Notes: generated from the sequence alone by a model not told the origin. Positions 36,711 through 51,347 are shown, numbered from the whole stretch's first letter. The stretch is 63,995 nucleotides of DNA, filler included, from Phoronis australis (GCA_002633005.1; 9 parts of 9 records of this genome joined end to end with filler, not necessarily neighbours in it), one strand, 5' to 3'. Made by a program: numbers and translations.

Positions 36711-39643
36711 ATTTTTGGCCGCCCGGTCGGAAATTGGTCGACGACTAGCCGTCGACCGGTCGTCTAATTNNNNNNNNNNNNNNNNNNNNNNNNNNNNNNN
36801 NNNNNNNNNNNNNTTAATTAATTAANNNNNNNNNNNNNNNNNNNNNNNNNNNNNNNNNNNNNNNNNNNNTAACCTGTCTGTTTGAAAACTAACTTGTTTA
36901 TTTGGCAGTGTTGTCTATTTTGAACCTTTTCGCTGCCCATACATTTTGTTTCAAGAGCATGGATACATTCATCTGCTGCTTCGCTTCGACCATTTTGCCA
37001 TGTCGTTTTGCCATGTCATTTTGCCATGTCATTTTCAGTCTGTGTTATAGTTTTAGCCAGGATGCATACAAGTGCCACTGGTTAACGAAAATTATATTCT
37101 GTCACATGACTTGTTGCCTTTCGTTTTTAGCAATGTTGACATGCCGTAACCATGCCATTATTTTTGCAATCCAACCTTCACAATAGTTGTTAACCTTATA
37201 GCTTTGTGCATGCTTATTTGTGGGCACAAATCCAGACTTCGCTATGTAATACTTTCTTGTGATCCTGCAGGTTGCTGTCCTGGTTATATCTGTATTTATT
37301 CTTGAATGGTTGTGAATTAAAACTGGTGGTGGATATAGGGTAGGAAATCAAACTGGTCAATGCACCACATTGTGTTAATCAACCAGGGCTGTATATTCCT
37401 AAGATTTGAGTTTTCAAATTCTGTGTAAAATCTGTGCAAGTTGGCTATACGCTCACTGGTAATTGAAGTGGATGATTAGAATATTGAGACCATCACATTA
37501 CTGCATAAGTAATTCGGAGTCTTATCGAATTTTAATATGTTCTAGAACTTCGGTATTGTCTTTGAACATGGTGTAGTTGATGGTGACTTTGACTTAGTGG
37601 CGTTGACCTTGTCATGGCTCGAGTACTATTCATTTCATTTACTCTTGCAATAAACATAACCTAGACAGTTATGTTGTTGATTGATGCCCCACCATTTGTG
37701 AGAACTGAAAAGAAACCACTTTGAAATTCATGAAACATTCTGACCTTTGTTAATATTTGCAGTATTTAGCTATCTCAGCGATGCCATCACATCAAAATCA
37801 GACTTATGGATCAAATTCAAAAAGTACCGGTTAAAGAAACAATTGCACCAATAATGATGTAAATCTTCAACATACCATCACAAAAAAACATGAGACGGTA
37901 TACATCTCGCTACCATTCTCGCCTCGAAAGTTTGTGCATCAATACTGCAGTTTGACTATTGGTGTTGTTGTATCAAGCGACTACAGAAAGAAAACATATC
38001 AGACTTAAATGGGGAAGGCCAATTCTAAAACTTCGAAAATGGCGCAAGTACGCATTGCCTGTGACTTGAGTTGCTAACTCATTCAGCAACAATTGTCTGA
38101 AGAGTGTGATGTTTTTAAACACAGATCGATTTTGGTTAAGAATTCAAAATTAACAGCTAAATAGGGCTAAATGCAGCTTTATCCCTTTCCACATTCTGTC
38201 TCTTGATATTGCAATCTGTTGGAACAGTCACTTCAAGACTGCATAGAAATCGTTAGTTAGGTCAACTGGTCTCCAGGAGGCGCTGCATCCCACTCTCCTT
38301 GTGATCTAAAGCAATGCCACCTATTGCAAAATCTTAGGTTAAATAGGTGCAGAACTCACATTTGGAACATGGTCTTTTTACCAGATAAGTTATTGGAGTT
38401 GGAGCAGTCATAAGCCAAGATGCCTTGGCTTCGACCATGCATGTTGCAGCTAGACTTTTGATCAAGTACACGGTGACAAGTTGGTAGAGAATGGAAGAGG
38501 GAAAAATCAGTGCCACTATTCTACATCAATGAAGTGAGAAAACCATATACTATTCGGAAATTGTTTCTCAACGAGAATATGACCAGTTGTGAAACGATGA
38601 TACAACAGTTAAACATTGGCTCTTTTGGATAACAAATCCTTTCAAGGAACGAAAATCAGCTCACGGTGTGATGCAATAGAAATACCCTAGGACAAAACTA
38701 CTGCATCAGCACATGACATAGCTATTGCATGAACATACAGGTGCTAACACAATTATAGTGTTGCCATGGATGATATCGCCAATATTGTTATGTAGACAGT
38801 AACGCGGCGATTTGATACAACACATATATTGGTTGATGATAATATTGGAATACTAACAAATAGGTCTGTGTAATATAGTTAGAGAGTCTTTTACTACACT
38901 GAGTGGAGAGTTCATCGTATAAACAATCAACACATGGTTTTAATGGGTGGTCAGTACAGCATACAACAGATCAATGCTAAGCTCTGCCCACGTGACAACC
39001 ATATTTGTTTTGGTCGTCTGTCGTGCTTCACAAGTTTGAAAAAATGATTTAAAATTACGCTGTAGACAAACAGGTATGTCACATTTTCTAAACATGAAGT
39101 AAATATCTGCTTTATTTCTAGTACTTCAACAAAAATTGGAACATAATGACCACGCATTCTGAACGAAATTTGATCTCAAGTGGCAATCGATGACCGCTTA
39201 ACTTCAAAGCCGTTTTTCTTGGCTCGTGATTTCAGGATGGTGACAAGATTCTCGGGCCTATTTTTCTGCAACACGTAGGTCAATTTTTACGAAATTTGCA
39301 AATTTGAAATCCTCTAGGACTGAAGTAAAATCTTGTGCCAGGGTTTTTTGATATATGGACCAGATTTTTAGATATTAGATGGAAAGTGACCAAATGACAA
39401 AAAGTGGCGTGCTTGCCCCAACTCACACTCAAAAAATGCCGCAAAATCAAGATCATAATGATTTTGTACATATATTTGATATGTATATGTAGAATATTGC
39501 GTAAGGAAACAGTTGATGATAATCCCTGTGGATTTTGAAAAAAAATCGAGGTAAGATTGGATTTTTTGAAAATTAAAAAATATGATTTTTTAAAAAAACA
39601 AACTACAAAAAAAATTTTTTTCGATTTTTGTCACTTTCAGTCA

Positions 39644-40474
39644 GGGCTGTTCCAGTAAAATCCATGTGGGAGGGGGGGGGACGGCAGTAGAAATAAAAAT
39701 TCATGGGTGGTGGTCTTCAGGAAAAAACTCAAATTATGGGTGGTCGTTCCTGTAAGAAGTGATACATTAAAAATGGGTGGTATTTTTCGATCTGTTAACG
39801 TTGACAGGTTGGTTAATTCAGCCAACACATCTCCAAAGAAATCAAAACTCAAAAATGCGATTGGCATTTATCCCATCTCATCCCAATACAAAAAAGCCCA
39901 TATTGCCAGTGAACAGAGTGCAATATGTTCACTAAGCCATTAATCAAGTCATGGGCAACTTGATTTGAGCCAAGTGCTTGTCTGCAGTCCTATTGAATTG
40001 AAAAGTTATGCAACACTAAACTGGTGTTAACACATATAAGAAAATTGATGGTTTTTAAATAAAAAGTATGAGGAGTAAGATAAACAAGTTCCAATATTCA
40101 CTTGGCATAGAAGTATAAAAGAGTTTGTGGAGACAGTTTGAGATTCATAGATCCTTATAATTGAAAAAATGTTCATTGAAATTATAGACACATGGTGAAC
40201 AGAGACACCTGGTGGCTGCCAAAAGTATTGTTCACAGGCTACTTTAATTTTTGACAATATTGGACAAGACAACTAGTTCTTGTCTGTCGATCATCTAAGC
40301 TCTTAACAGGTCCTCCTGGAGGCAATTTGTTTGCAAGTGTTGGATTTTATATTTTAATCTATTAAAAATAATTAAAAAATTATGGGTCATGGGTTGGAGA
40401 AATAAATGAAAAATATGGGCGGTGGGTACGAAATAAAAGTGCCTTCCCCCCCCCTCCCATACAGATTTTGCTGG
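39644..40474. mobile_element. TIR-bounded non-autonomous DNA element (right end runs into gap)
   Basis: Left GGGCTGTTCCAGTAAAATCCATGTGGGAGGGGGGGG is mirrored by right CCCCCCCCTCCCATACAGATTTTGCTGG. Confidence 0.6.
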
Positions 40475-42894
40475 NNNNNNNNNNNNNNNNNNNNNNNNNN
40501 NNNNNNNNNNNNNNNNNNTTAATTAATTAANNNNNNNNNNNNNNNNNNNNNNNNNNNNNNNNNNNNNNNNNNNNAAAATCTTCATGATGCGTTTTACTAG
40601 TGCGGGCTCTCAAGTTTACGAGGCCTTTTCTATTTTATGCGTTACTGGTGCTCTCAAGTTTTGACAGTGAATTCATCGATTGTATTTTGAGTGAAAAACT
40701 ATTTATTTATATAAGAACTTAACTCTTTAAAATGCTGACATATCGGATACTAAGTCAGTAAATGATAAATGATTTCCTAACATTTAACAAAAATACGAGG
40801 TACTGAGAAATGGTCTCAACTGACAGACAGACAGAATCGGTTTGAAACTTCCTGTTTTGGCGCTTCGTGAAAAGTGTGGTTCTCATGTCTGAAATGCGAA
40901 GGATTAGTAAATAATGGGAACTAATTCTGACCGAAATGTTCACACGGTCAGATTTCAGTCCAGTTCAGTCAGATAGAGCAGTTTCGTCGTTTTTTCACAT
41001 TGCATTGTTTTTTGGTTGTGAAATAATAACACACAGTTCACTGTCACTGATTACTTTCATTGGCAGTTTGAACAGAGGTCACATGTATAGAACACTTATG
41101 ATAGTTGCTCAGATGTACTAGAAAACTTGACGCGACGAATCACGCGCCGACCGGCGATAACTACATGTATAACTGTACTGCCCAGTCGATTGTACGTGCG
41201 GGCGCCCACTGTACCTAGTGGTCGGTCTCGCAACTATTACTTATTCCAGATAAGTAAGTAAATGTACATTTTCCTACCTTTGTCTCTAATAATACAACTT
41301 TGTCCCTTTTGTATGCGCCGTTCCTTTGTTCGAACCAATTAGATTCCTCTGTGGAATTATTGATTTTTCGTGAGGCGCTAAACGGTAAACTACGTGGTAT
41401 GGCGATTGCCAACGACTATCCATGGGTCCGGCGATGGGGGAGCGGGCCGAGAGACGTTTGGACAACACGATGTGTATTTCATGGTCTCGGGTATCGCCTC
41501 GGGTGGACACTTTGGATGGCTCAAGAATATGCGATGGTGCGGTCCGGAACATTGGGTTGTGCGCGGTAGGCCTATCAAATAAGTTATCGCTTGGACTGGA
41601 TTTTGAATGCCGCGGTACCTCGTTCCGACATTTTTTGTGGAAAAGAGTCCGTCATACTCCAGGTCTGATGCATGATACTTGACGTCTCAGAACAACTGCA
41701 TTACACACCATGACAACAGAGATCTTGATTTCTACCAAGAGAGAAATCTGCCCAATTTGTGATGTTGACATGTTAAGGATACGTCTGTTCCACCGGCTCA
41801 TTGTCACCTCGTGCTTTGAGAACGGAAATAGTTTCTATGACAACTGCGGCATTATAACGTATTCGCTAATATTTTAACGTAATTACCCGACGTAGACCAT
41901 AAGACGGTGACTTAATGGTGACTAAAAAAAGTATGCTGGAAAGTAGACTTGATCTCATATGTTTATAATTGTGTCGTCAGTACTACGGTACCTTGTTACA
42001 GTGGCGCCTAAAGTGTAGTCCTGACTCACTACGAGTTATACAAGAGCAAGTTACTCTTGCGACGAGCTCTTTAACTTTGGTTTTAACAGTGTGTACGTGG
42101 ACGCCACTATGCCTGGGCAACTGAACTTGACACGCGCGTGGCAAAATTTACCGGTCCTCTCGCCCTACGCTTCCGAAGTCGGAACCCTCTCGCCGTGCGG
42201 GCCTACGCGAATCCTGGCATTTCAGTGGGTAAAGACGTCTCATGCACCAAGAACCATGATTTCCAATCTCTCGGACACAGGGATCGAGTGTGAGATTTTA
42301 GCTAATTCCTGGCTTCGTTCAAGATTGACGCCAATAGGGACAGAACGAGGATGGCTCAACTGAAGTCGACCCTAAACTTAGTCATCTTGAGTAAAATCGT
42401 GACGTCACAATATATAGGCGCCCCCCCCCCTTGGCTGCCGCAAAAAATAAAACAGCAAGAGCGTAGGGAAATAAATGTTGAGTTTAATAATTAACCTCGG
42501 TAATTAACATTATACGGATGAAACAATATTTGGGGGGACGGGGGGAATTAACCTTGGTAATTAACATTATACGGATGGAACAATATTTGGGGGGGCTAAC
42601 GGATTTGGTCCTTTGGGCAATTGAAGACTATTTTAAATACAACAAATTTGTTACGAACTGATTGCACAAAATATAAAAAGTGTAATAAGCATTACAAAAA
42701 GAAGTAGGTNATATTTGGGGGGGCTAACGGATTTGGTCCTTTGAGCAATTGAAGACTATTTTAAATACAACAAATTTGTTACGAACTGATTGCACAAAAT
42801 ATAAAAAGTGTGATAAGCATTACAAACGCTGTCGGTGGCCGGACCGACGAGTAGGTCATGATCTTGTGAGAACCAAAGACTTTAAGTTCCAGTG

Positions 42895-42970
42895 AAATCG
42901 CGGTGGTGCAGTGGCAAAGCACGCGCGTTCTATCCGCCAGGTCGTGAGTTCGAATCTGTGATAATTCCAA
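42895..42970 (+). pseudogene. tRNA-derived sequence (SINE head or tRNA pseudogene)
   Basis: A-box TGGTGCAGTGG and B-box GAGTTCGAATC at tRNA-like spacing; no convincing acceptor or anticodon stem. Confidence 0.5.
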
Positions 42971-43592
42971 TTTTTCACGTTTGACACGTTCTCCTTGTTT
43001 TTTCTTTGCCTTTTTCTAGCATAATACTTCAGGGACAAGGAAAATGCTTGATTTTTAGAGGAAAAAACAGAAAAATTTTTCTTGCGGGAGGAGGGTGAAC
43101 TCCCTTCCCGACCTCCCCCCAATCGTGCTTTGCGCAAATGTTGACAGACAAAATGTTGCCCCCCTTTTGATATCCGTCCTAGATCCCCCACTGCAATGTA
43201 ATATCTCTACAAAATAAACAAGATTTTATGACATACGTACTTTAAATCAGTCCATTAAACATGCGCGCACCCAGGGGAGGGGGTCTCGGGGGGCTCGAAC
43301 GACCCCCCACTTTGGTGAAGTGGGCAAAAAGGTCTCCCTGTAAGAAACAAAAAGTCCGAGAAAATGAGACAAAAGTCCACTAAAGAAGCACAAACGCGCA
43401 ATTCACAGAAGTGGTGCGCCCCCCCTTTTTTTTAGTACGCCGGGAATTTTGTTACCAAAAAACCTTCTATGTGTAATACCGTAGGTACTTAGTAGCATGT
43501 CTGTGTTTGAATGGCGCAGATCCAATCATAACCGTGACTCTGCCATCACACGGCGTTACAGTAGGTTGGACTTTGACCTATTTTACGAAAAC

Positions 43593-43666
43593 ATGGCTGC
43601 TTCTCAAAAGGTCGTCCGCTTTGTGGAACTGGGAAAGAAGATTTTGGCTGTGGGTCGAAATTACAA
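43593..43666 (+). CDS. FAHD1: Fumarylacetoacetate hydrolase domain-containing protein 1 (acylpyruvase), exon 1
   Basis: MAASQKVVRFVELGKKILAVGRNY followed by GTATGC donor; resembles human MAASRPLSRFWEWGKNIVCVGRNY. Confidence 0.85.
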
Positions 43667-46600
43667 GTATGCATGTTCGTTTTAGAGTTTTCCTGTAACG
43701 TGAGATTTTTATTTGGTTTTACTTTCACCAAGATCATAAAATACCAACCTTCTTAGCGAGTTCTTCAGGCAAGGGAATGATGATGTTGGGCCGTGCTAAT
43801 AAGTAAAGCCTGCTACTGCTACTGTGCTAGTGCTAGTGCTACGCACAGGCGTCCTCAGCTTCTGGTCGTCCCTAATAAATTGTTTTGTGTAAATTTATTG
43901 AGTTTTGTGTTTAATATGGACGGCTGAAGTGAAGCACCCGTGGAATTTCTGGTCTTGAGTGTCATACCTTGTAGTATTCAGTGGCGGATCTACGTTTTCA
44001 GGAGGGGTACACCCCTTCCCGTGTAAGACAACTTTTTTGTTTTTGTAGCCAAATAGTGAAATTTCCATGTATCCCCGTACATTTCTGACACTTAACATGT
44101 CCCTGGAGTTTTTCTTAAGATAATTAAAAACCCTTCTCGATTTCGTCACATGAACTTGGCTCATAAGTTTCGTGAAACCATATTTGTGCACATCTGGGTC
44201 TGAGTCACACCACCACCACCAGCAAAAAATTTTGTTGGAACATCTGGTTACACACACCTTTTAGCGGCATACGAAAAAGTGTGGTGTGTATACAGGGGTT
44301 TAGACAACTACCAAATATTCAAGAGCATAAGGAGCACCGACGGGGCGTACTTCAGTTGAATATCAGATGATCGCAACAGCCTCAAGCTGTTTAAGAACGA
44401 AGACCTGTACTGTTAGTCCGGAAATAAACATGTGTTCTGTCTCGTTACGAGAAAAAATNNNNNNNNNNNNNNNNNNNNNNNNNNNNNNNNNNNNNNNNNN
44501 NNTTAATTAATTAANNNNNNNNNNNNNNNNNNNNNNNNNNNNNNNNNNNNNNNNNNNNGGGGGGGTAGGATTTGCGCGAATTTGAGGCGCGTAGCACCGA
44601 ACAGAGGGAAGGTCGGGAGGGTGTTTCTCCCCACCCGTGAAAGATTTTTTTTGTTTTTTAATATCTGATTTCGTTTTCTCGGAAACTGTTTTTTATTTTC
44701 TTATTTTTAATCGTGTCCCTGGGGGAGGGTTGAACCCCATGAACCCCCTCCCCGTAGATCCGCCTCCGCAGTAGAACTACAAGTGGTACTTGAATTCATT
44801 GTTATCTCTTGGACCTTACTGGGTTCTGGTTTTATCTGTAGGTTTTGAAGTTTCTTCGTTTACGTAGGACAATGCTTTGATTGACATCTGCATAAAAATA
44901 CTGAGATTCTGAGTGTATTGTTAAAATAGGTATTTCGGGTCTTCAGTTGTCTCACTGGTTCAGCTATATAATTTCTAGCTGCTGTTCATGTTACCACAGA
45001 AAGCTTGCCATTGCTATAAACTGTCTGTCAGTTTGGGCCATATCCCTCAAATTGTTTATTCAATGGTTGAGAACCTTTCATCAGGGTAGGTCAGTCAACA
45101 CCAAAAGTCATAGGGTCTGATGTGTCTGTCAGCAATTAGCCCGATGTTTATTGTAGTTAGATATTGTTTATGATAAGGGCCTGAAAATTCTGAGACCAGG
45201 CGAACTTTCGTCATGAAATGCATGGGCGTGATCAGTTTTCTCCGCATGATGCCGGAACTTGGGATCAAACTCGCTGGAGCAGGACACCTTGAATGGTAAT
45301 AGAAGAAATACAATTGCTAATGCTTTGTTGAAACCCTGTTTTGTGTAAATTTATTGAGTTTTGTGTTTAATGTGGACGGCTGAAGTGAAACACCTGTGAA
45401 ATTACTTGTCCTGTGTGTCATAAGGTAGTTATATATAAAGAAGCTGAGGACACCTCTGAACTGCTCATGGTTTGCTGAACCCTTGTTTTGACTACATTTA
45501 TTGAGTTTTGCATTTGATTAGGACGGCTGTAGTGACCCAGTGAAGCACACATGACATTTTTAGTCCTGAGTGTCATACTGTGTGGTATATATTTATAGTG
45601 TATTGGGTAGGATCAGAAGCTTGATGTTGTATGTTAGTTATACCACAGGCGTCCTCAGCCTCTGAGTGTGACCGTCCCAAATACATTATAATACAAAAAG
45701 GACACTCGATTTTTTGTCTGAAGTGAAGCGCTAGTGTAATTTCTAGTTCCTAGTGTCATGCCTTGTGGTATTATATACATGTACAGTGTATTGAGGATGA
45801 TCAGAAGTTGACGATGCCTGTGATTTGCAACAGGGGCCGAGGAATTTCTCAATTAACTATTAGTTAACCATATAATAAACACAAAAGGTTGGACACCGAG
45901 AATTTGCCAAGCCTAGGCTGCCAGCTTCAACTGTTTTAAATCCAAGTAAAATCTGTGGGAATATTCCTGACCACATTTGAACCTGTGCCCTTTGAGTGCC
46001 CCTGATGATAAAAAGTGTCTTTTTTCAAAAAGTTGTGTCGGCAGACTTGGTGTAATTAAGTGGTAACATATGAAACAAACCTCTAGGGCATTGAAAATTA
46101 TAACACAGTCATGCGCACGTAAAAGTTGTAAACAGGAAATGGTAAGCGACACTCAATTAGCATTCATGGGCAGACTAAAACAGAGCTTCAGAATTGTTTC
46201 GGCACTGCCTATGAAAAATCCAGATTTGTATGAAGGTCGTCTGCCACGAACGTCAAAAAATAACCTTGATGGGCTTCAATGTTTTTGTTTGCAAATCACC
46301 ACTCGAAGGCAGTTTAATATGATAAAGTGAAAGAAGGTATTCAAAAATTTGTTTGGTGTTGATTTCGTTACGTTCAATGCACATTTGAGTAGAAAATACT
46401 AAGCAAGCCATTTATTAATGTCCAACCATTATGTTTTATTATGTAGCCCAGTTAGTGACCTCATTGGTGATCGAGGAACAGATAAACTCAATGTCTGGTT
46501 TATATTTGCCAGTTTTGCGCCAGCATGACTCCATTTGACTTTTTTAAAGTATGATAACAAAGAATATTTCTGGCTAATCAATTGAAAATAGCTCCTGAGC

Positions 46601-47959
46601 ATCAGTTTTCATGAAACACCTGCTAGTATAGAAAAATTGAGAACATTGCGAGGCTGAGACACAGACTCTAAGGGTAAGTGCCTTGGGGTGGGCTCCTCTT
46701 TCATTGAATTTTTTGTTTATTTGCACAGAACTCTTTTTAAGGCTTTTTCCAGTTTACATAGCTGATCTAGGGATGAAGTGAACTTAAAAATATGCTTCTG
46801 TAAAGTGTTTCTCCCATGCAAAGTTGCTTTACTAAAGTTTGCTTTACTTAAGTTTGAATTCAACCTCCGAAACTCTGCTGTAGGGCTTTAAAGATGCTTA
46901 TGAACTTCCATCGGTTTTTATATGCCCATTTTACATGTTCTATCTCATTTTAGATGTTTCACAACGAAACTCCAAATGCTCAAATATCATAATCCAAAAC
47001 AAGGCGGGTTATTGGTTATCTTATGAAACGTAAACAATCCCCGTTTTGTTGCTGTGTTTACTTCTTTGACAACATGGCTGACCTTGTGCACGCACGGCAT
47101 CATTCAATAGATGGGGCACTCAGCCTCTTCTCCAGCCACAGCATGGTGGTGATCAGTTAAGGTGTTTAAGGCTTGGAAATGGGAAATGAAATGTGTCAGA
47201 ATTTTTACAGAAATTGCCGGAATGTCACATGTAACTTCAAAGTTTTCTGCAGTTTTACATAAAATAATAAAGTAATGGTATATTGTAGCAATTTAGATCC
47301 AAATTATTGCAAAAATGATGTATTTTGATTCAAAAACAGGTTAATATTATTCATAAATAAGAATTGAAAAAAGCACAACCTTTATTTCAGACAATAAGTA
47401 AAACAATGCCTTCTCTCTCATGAACGGCTGATATGTGAAAATAATTACCATCTGCCTTTTATTCAATGACGTCAAGGCATCGGTCAATCATTGTGCAGAA
47501 AGTAATTCCCGTAACCAAGCCTCAAACGGCTAAACCCATAAGCGCCATCTTGAGGCTTGGGGACAAAGTTGAAAAGGTGACACCAGTGTCACTATTGTGT
47601 GTAAACACAGTGCAAAACCATAAATTGATGCTCATAAGACTTTTTGTAACAGATTGTGAAGTATTTTTAGGAATTTCAAAATGGTAACAAAATAGACATT
47701 TTGGGAAGAAATGGAATGAATAAAAAGTTGCTTCTGAAAATATTTATTACAAGAAACTAAAGTCCTACAGCAGCTGTAATACTTGTGTTAGGAAAGGATG
47801 AAACATTTATATCTTGCAGATTATACATTTCAAATACGTTTCATGTTGGAATGGTATACAGTGTCTGTAGGTAATTCTTGTTATGCATAACTTATCTGGA
47901 AAATGTATAGTTGAGTCTTTTAGTTTGTACTCTAAAATACTAAGCAGATTTTGTTTTAT

Positions 47960-48677
47960 TTCAGGGATTGTGATCAAGGAGCACAGTAATGCTAATGCAA
48001 GCTTTACAGTAAAAGAGGCACCATGTTCCGAAACGCGGAAGACAGGGAGGGAGGGCGAAAACTGTGTGAAGCTGCCAGTCCACTAATTAGCCTGCAACAG
48101 TTTTGAAAAAATAATTAGTTATATAATTCATAATTTTTTGTAAGTATTTTACCAGAGCAGTTTCATGGTAATAAATGTATTAAAGAACAAGAGTCTTTTC
48201 TTCTTGTAAGTCACAGCTGCACATGCAATGACCAACAAAGAGAACATTGTAGGAGTTAAAAACCTGAAGCATTGGAAAAAACAAGTCTGTTGTTATACCT
48301 ACAAACATTAATATTCCTGCATTTGGCCTGTAAAGACAGCACAAGTGGTTCAATATTGGCACTGTACTGGCCCACCACGAAACTTTCGCCTATGTAAATT
48401 GTGTACTGGCTTAATATGAGCCCATCAATGGCCCTGTACTGGGCCAACACAGTCTGTCAATACTGGCCCTTTACAGGCCCAAAACCGGTTATTGGTGTAC
48501 TTTCCCAGTAATGGCGTGGTACTGGTCCTTTACTGGCTCGATACCGCAATCTTGTGCCAGAGCCATTATTTGGAAAGTGTGCAGAATGTTATTGGGCCAG
48601 TACTGGCCTACATCATTGGGCCAATACAGAAGACAGTTCAGGGCCAGTATTGGTCCAGTACCTACATGTTTACTGGG
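47960..48677. mobile_element. Probable end of a CMC/EnSpm-like DNA transposon remnant
   Basis: Clustered subterminal TACTGGCCC/GGGCCAGTA repeats at 48350-48660; terminus ATGTTTACTGGG; peptide fragment FRNAEDREGGRK at ~48025-48060. Confidence 0.4.
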
Positions 48678-49189
48678 CATTGGCAGAATTGGGGTTACAT
48701 TAGTGCAACTGCGATTTTCTCATGACAGTATGTCAACGTCGTTTAATCAGCCCTTGCATAAATAACGTTCATATGTAATTAACTGATAACAAAACCAGTA
48801 CCATCGCGCCAAAATTTGTCTAGTTTTTGGTAAAATTAATTGTTATTTTATGGGTGGCGCAGCGCAGAAAAAGTGAGGGCTATAGCCTCCCCAGCTCCAG
48901 CCCCCTGTAGTGCGCCGCCTAAGTTAAACAACACGGCAAATGCACGTCTGGCTCCCGGCAGCACGTACGCAGAGGGCGGGGACTTCAGCTTTCAAAGTTC
49001 GCCGGTAGGACCGCAACTTCTGAACTTCGGCCTGGTTAAAAGAATGAGGTCATATCTCTTGGCGTGCGCCGAGTGAAAATGTGAGTTCACGATTTTGGGA
49101 ACTGAAATAGGGACTGCTCAAAGAAAAGGTTTGATAACGGGAGTATTTGTTCGAGTTGGAAGGAATTAAACACATTGACAACCTCCTAA

Positions 49190-50800
49190 GGTACGTGTTC
49201 CTCTATGGAAAAAAGGTATTTATAACAAAGTCACTTTGATGTTTTAGCTCTGTGCGAGGCATAATTTGCCGAAATAGTCGGTGGGCCAGATTTTGTAGGG
49301 CTTCTAGAAAATAGTTTTTGTGAGTACTTTAGGGGGGAAATTTTATTTTGGTGTTTTTTAGTTCATTTATTAGAGTGTTTTCAAAATCTAAAAAGTTCCC
49401 ACATATAAAGTTGCACATTTTTGAGAAATTTGAGTTTGAAGTTACCTAATAATCACCAAAGAGCTTAGTAAACTTATATTTGTAAAAACAACAGTTTTGG
49501 TGACTTTTTTGTAAAACAAGTAATTTGGTCCCATCAGTGCCATTGTATTGAACAATATTACACTCACATTACATGTTTTACTATTGTAAATTAATTGTAA
49601 ACAGTGAAATTTAAAAAACGNNNNNNNNNNNNNNNNNNNNNNNNNNNNNNNNNNNNNNNNNNNNNNNNNNNNNNNNNNNNNNNNNNNNNNNNNNNNNNNN
49701 NNNNNNNNNNNNNNNNNNNNNNNNNNNNNNNNNNNNNNNNNNNNNNNNNNNNNNNNNNNNNNNNNNNNNNNNNNNNNNNNNNNNNNNNNNNNNNNNNNNN
49801 NNNNNNNNNNNNNNNNNNNNNNNNNNNNNNNNNNNNNNNNNNNNNNNNNNNNNNNNNNNNNNNNNNNNNNNNNNNNNNNNNNNNNNNNNNNNNNNNNNNN
49901 NNNNNNNNNNNNNNNNNNNNNNNNNNNNNNNNNNNNNNNNNNNNNNNNNNNNNNNNNNNNNNNNNNNNNNNNNNNNNNNNNNNNNNNNNNNNNNNNNNNN
50001 NNNNNNNNNNNNNNNNNNNNNNNNNNNNNNNNNNNNNNNNNNNNNNNNNNNNNNNNNNNNNNNNNNNNNNNNNNNNNNNNNNNNNNNNNNNNNNNNNNNN
50101 NNNNNNNNNNNNNNNNNNNNNNNNNNNNNNNNNNNNNNNNNNNNNNNNNNNNNNNNNNNNNNNNNNNNNNNNNNNNNNNNNNNNNNNNNNNNNNNNNNNN
50201 NNNNNNNNNNNNNNNNNNNNNNNNNNNNNNNNNNNNNNNNNNNNNNNNNNNNNNNNNNNNNNNNNNNNNNNNNNNNNNNNNNNNNNNNNNNNNNNNNNNN
50301 NNNNNNNNNNNNNNNNNNNNNNNNNNNNNNNNNNNNNNNNNNNNNNNNNNNNNNTTGTGACACCTCTTCTTCTTTTTGATCTACTGATCTACAGAGTTCC
50401 ACAGTCAATCAGCTTTCGTCAGGAAGCTTTCCTAAGCTTCTTTAGGCTCTGACATCACAATTTTGTGCTGTTTGATAAACCTTGAATTATACAGACATCA
50501 CATTCCATGGGAGCAGCCATATTGAAGTAACTAAGCACAACAATACAATCTGGCTCTCTGATTGGTCAATTCACTAGAAAAGCGCCATCAAGTGGCAGGA
50601 ATATGCATCATATTTTGTGCAACAAAAACACCTTTTTTTAAAAAAATGTGCAAGTGCAGACGTGGGAACTTTTTGGAATTATATTTTTAGTTATATTATC
50701 TAGCCACATAGAAAAAACTACGTTGCCCCCCCCCCCCCAAAGTACTCACAAGGGTGAACGCTATGAGATTTGGCCCACCAACTAAAAAGCTTCCATCGTA
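49190..50800. mobile_element. Long-TIR non-autonomous element spanning the N-gap
   Basis: Left GGTGGGCCA, TGTGAGTACTTT and AAAAAGTTCCCAC are mirrored on the right by GTGGGAACTTTTT, AAAGTACTCACA and TGGCCCACC. Confidence 0.6.
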
Positions 50801-50810
50801 TGGAGCATAT

Positions 50811-51347
50811 ATAGACCCTATTCACGGCGACAGGAGGCGCGTTCCAAAATGAGGCTCGCTACGACAGTTCTGGTGGCTTATAGTTGGTTGTACTCCGCGC
50901 GTTGCTCGAACAGCTAGAAAAAATATATGGACACTCAACTGTCTGTTTTACAATCCTTAAGGACGTTGGGATTTGGAAGCGTTGGGTCCTTGAGACGAAG
51001 GAAAGTATGTCCGTGTAATATTTATAACTGTTTTCGAATCATAATTTGTCTAATCCGTAACACTACGATCGCCGCAATTTGGTCATGTTTACCTTTCATG
51101 TTTCGAACCTCATTCCGGAAAAAAAACTTAAATTCTTTCGTCAGACAACTCTTTGGTGCATTGATTTGTTCTTTAACTGTATTTTTATACGTCTCTGTGG
51201 CTAATTATTGAAACATTCATTAAGATTTAATATTCAGGTTGGCCTCCAAAGACCGGCTATTTAACTCACGCAATGTAAATTTCCGCTTTGTTTATCGCAG
51301 TGAGCCTCGCTTTGGATTTTAATGTCCGCCGCGTGAATTGGGTCTAT
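50811..51347. mobile_element. MITE
   Basis: Terminal inverted repeats ATAGACCCTATTCACG...GAGGCTCGCT and AGTGAGCCTC...CGTGAATTGGGTCTAT. Confidence 0.7.

Noticed and set aside
37700-38900. Possible decayed transposase-like coding sequence
   Set aside because: No diagnostic motif or sustained reading frame that I can support without a search.
42586-42825. ~126-bp tandem duplication
   Set aside because: A single N sits at the junction, so it is probably a contig-overlap artefact.
42895-42970. Functional tRNA gene
   Set aside because: A and B boxes are present but the acceptor and anticodon stems do not pair convincingly.
47964-48086. Second exon of FAHD1
   Set aside because: The phase required after exon 1 reaches a stop within 8 codons and no FAHD1 motif is present; it fits a transposon remnant better.
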